Assembly: GCA_963845145.1 (NCBI GenBank)
Contig: CAWJQU010000001.1
Location: 224,001 to 288,000, forward strand
Direction of reading: 5' to 3'
DNA length: 64,000 nucleotides
Source: an uncultured delta proteobacterium
GTDB taxonomy: Bacteria > Desulfobacterota > Desulfobacteria > Desulfobacterales > QNYZ01
Each line of letters begins with the position of its first letter. The stretch's first letter is position 1. Below are positions 62,055 to 64,000 of the stretch, in pieces. Position numbers and translations under genes: made by a program. The notes below the pieces were generated by a model that had not been told where the DNA came from, did not search any database, and worked only from the letters and a program-made list of their open reading frames with translations.

Positions 62055-62854
62055 GTGCCGATATTCCAACGTGCCATTTTGACCCATGGAGGAGCTGGCT
62101 CGGATATACAAGATTCCGATGGTCCACAGTCAGCGGCCAAGGTAGGAATGGATTTATTGAGAAATAGCAAACCAGCTTTAAATGCTGTGGTTCATGCTGT
62201 GAGATATTTAGAAGATGACCCCCGGTTCAATGCCGGGCTTGGCTCACAACTCCGAGCCGATGGCTGCACGATTCAGATGGATGCGTCATGCATGACGAGT
62301 AGCGGGGAATTTGGAGCTGTTGCCGGCGTTGAAGGCATTCAAAACCCTGTTGATTTAGCCCAGGGGGTATTGCTTCATTCTCCATATATCCTTCTGGTGG
62401 GGGATGGTGCCCGGTTTTTTGCAGAAGAACACAATATACCCTTAATATATATAGGTAATCCGGATCAGAGGCATACACGCCCCCCTTCTTGCGATACGGT
62501 GGGAGCTGTTGCCTTTGATGGGACAACATTTGCTGCCGCCCTGAGTTCTGGGGGCTGGAAAAAGCGGCCATCGGACGAGTGGGTGATGTGCCCTTTCCTG
62601 GATGTGGCCTGTTTTGTGGCCCTGCGGGAGCAGTTGCCTGCACCGGAGATGGTGAATTTATCGCCATTAAAATTCTGGCCAAAGAAGTTTACGGTTGGCT
62701 GGAAAGAAAGATGAGTCCAAAAGAAGCCGCACAAAAGGCGATGACGCTGTTCGACGATTCTGTTGATGTCGGACTCATCATTTTAACCCCAAACGAATTT
62801 GCATCAAATGCTCGTAATGGCATGGCGTGGTCATATCTAACGGAGATTAATTAA
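62055..62854 (+). CDS. iaaA: isoaspartyl peptidase/L-asparaginase (Ntn hydrolase), frameshift in G-run near 62552
   Basis: HGGAG, FNAG.GS, MDAS.M, DTVGAVA autoproteolysis site, GRVGD.P..G, TGDGE. Confidence 0.85.
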
Positions 62855-62856
62855 TT

Positions 62857-63675
62857 ATGGCATTTAATCCTTATTTTTTAGGGCGTCTCATTGCAATCGG
62901 TGGGAATGAAGACAAGGCGAATGAATTAGTTGTACTTAAACGAGTTGTTCAAGAAGTTGGAAAGACCGATTACAAAGTCGGTGTAATCACTACAGCAAGC
63001 GAAGACCCTGAACTAAGGGGCAAAGATTATCATAAAGTATTTACCACCCTTGGAGCATCTTTAGTAGAAATATTAAATATTAAAGAAAGATCTCAAGCAA
63101 ACGACAAACAAATAGCCCAAAGCCTCGAAGATGTTGATTTGGTTTTTTTTACCGGAGGTGACCAATTGCGACTAACAACGATTATGGGAGGATCAAAGGT
63201 CCTTCAGGCCATTCAGAACCGGCTTGAAGCTGGAGCCCTTATCGCCGGTACCAGCGCCGGGGCTGCCGTGTTTTCCGATACCATGATTTATGAAGGAAAA
63301 AGTGAAGAAGGGTTATTCAAAGGAAGCGTTCTCACGACATCCGGATTTGGTTTCGTGGAAAAAATCATTTTTGATACTCATTTTATGGCGAGAGGCCGCA
63401 TTGGGCGTCTGATTCAGATTGTTACAACAAATCCGACCTGTATCGGGGTTGGTATTGGTGAAGATTCAGGGGTTGTTCTCAAGGGAGATGGGGTTGCCGA
63501 GGTTGTTGGCACAGGACAGGTCATTATCGTTGATGGTAGCGATATCGGGCATTCCAATATAATGAATATCAAACCGGGCGAGCCAATTGCCGTAGAAAAT
63601 GTTCGAATTCATTCGATAGTGAATGGATATCGGTACAATTTCAAAAAACGGCAGTTTTTAACACCCGCATCATAA
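62857..63675 (+). CDS. cphB: cyanophycinase
   Basis: IGGNEDK, FTGGDQLR, GTSAGA, DTHF..RGRIGRL, GIGED. Confidence 0.93.
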   Translation: MAFNPYFLGRLIAIGGNEDKANELVVLKRVVQEVGKTDYKVGVITTASEDPELRGKDYHKVFTTLGASLVEILNIKERSQANDKQIAQSLEDVDLVFFTGGDQLRLTTIMGGSKVLQAIQNRLEAGALIAGTSAGAAVFSDTMIYEGKSEEGLFKGSVLTTSGFGFVEKIIFDTHFMARGRIGRLIQIVTTNPTCIGVGIGEDSGVVLKGDGVAEVVGTGQVIIVDGSDIGHSNIMNIKPGEPIAVENVRIHSIVNGYRYNFKKRQFLTPAS

Positions 63676-63694
63676 TAAAAACAAAGGAATCTGG

Positions 63695-64000
63695 ATGATT
63701 GAAATAAAAGAGTTACGAGCATTGCGTGGCCCCAATCGGCATACTCGACATACGGCCATATTCATGGTTGTGGATATTAAAGAGTATGAGAGCCGACCGT
63801 CAGATAAAATCAAAGGATTTTCGGATCGGTTATTGACACTTATTCCAACCTTTCAAGAACACGGCTGTTCCATTGGAAAGCCCGGTGGCTTTATCCAAAG
63901 GCTTAAAACCGGAACCTGGGCCGGCCATATTATTGAGCATATTGCCATTGAGCTTCAATGCTTGGCTGGAATGGAAGTTGGATACGGGAAAACCCTGGAT
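63695..64000 (+). CDS. cphA: cyanophycin synthetase N-terminus (runs off window)
   Basis: MIEIKELRALRGPN..EHGCSIGKPGGFIQRL..GTWAGHIIEHIAIELQCLAG. Confidence 0.92.
   Translation, partial: MIEIKELRALRGPNRHTRHTAIFMVVDIKEYESRPSDKIKGFSDRLLTLIPTFQEHGCSIGKPGGFIQRLKTGTWAGHIIEHIAIELQCLAGMEVGYGKTLD

Overview
Bacterial chromosomal window, most consistent with a Desulfobacterales-type (deltaproteobacterial) anaerobe; the taxonomy is inferred from gene content and protein style only. From 1 to 23 kb it holds mostly core and stress genes: cydAB, a GT4 glycosyltransferase, a pyrimidine-dimer glycosylase, an IlvE-like aminotransferase, a divergent PurD-like ligase, asnS, a Crp/Fnr regulator and a TAXI-TRAP transporter. 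From 23 to 31 kb there are IS remnants and a peptide ABC operon. From 31.8 to 39.2 kb a co-oriented cluster runs MauE/DoxX, exported rhodanese, C-GCAxxG-C-C protein, an atypical PstSCAB-like ABC transporter, a RelE-like ORF, selenoprotein SelD (in-frame UGA missed by the ORF track) and YedF; it is a candidate selenium acquisition system. From 39.3 to 46.2 kb a divergent metal-uptake locus (porin versus DUF3842-CooT-DUF4198-FecBCD-type ABC-FmdE) carries the same two-hairpin attenuator-like leader on both arms. From 46 to 64 kb is an accessory patchwork: a sigma-54 two-component system plus gdhA between two GIY-YIG copies (one tied to a tRNA-derived element), an ISL3 remnant, a tRNA 3'-half att-like scar, an FhlA-like activator, two Hsp20 genes, clsB, a primase-like gene and a cyanophycin cluster (iaaA-cphB-cphA, cut by the window end). 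Many single-base frameshifts, including in asnS, look like assembly indel errors. All family assignments come from motif recognition; no database search was run.
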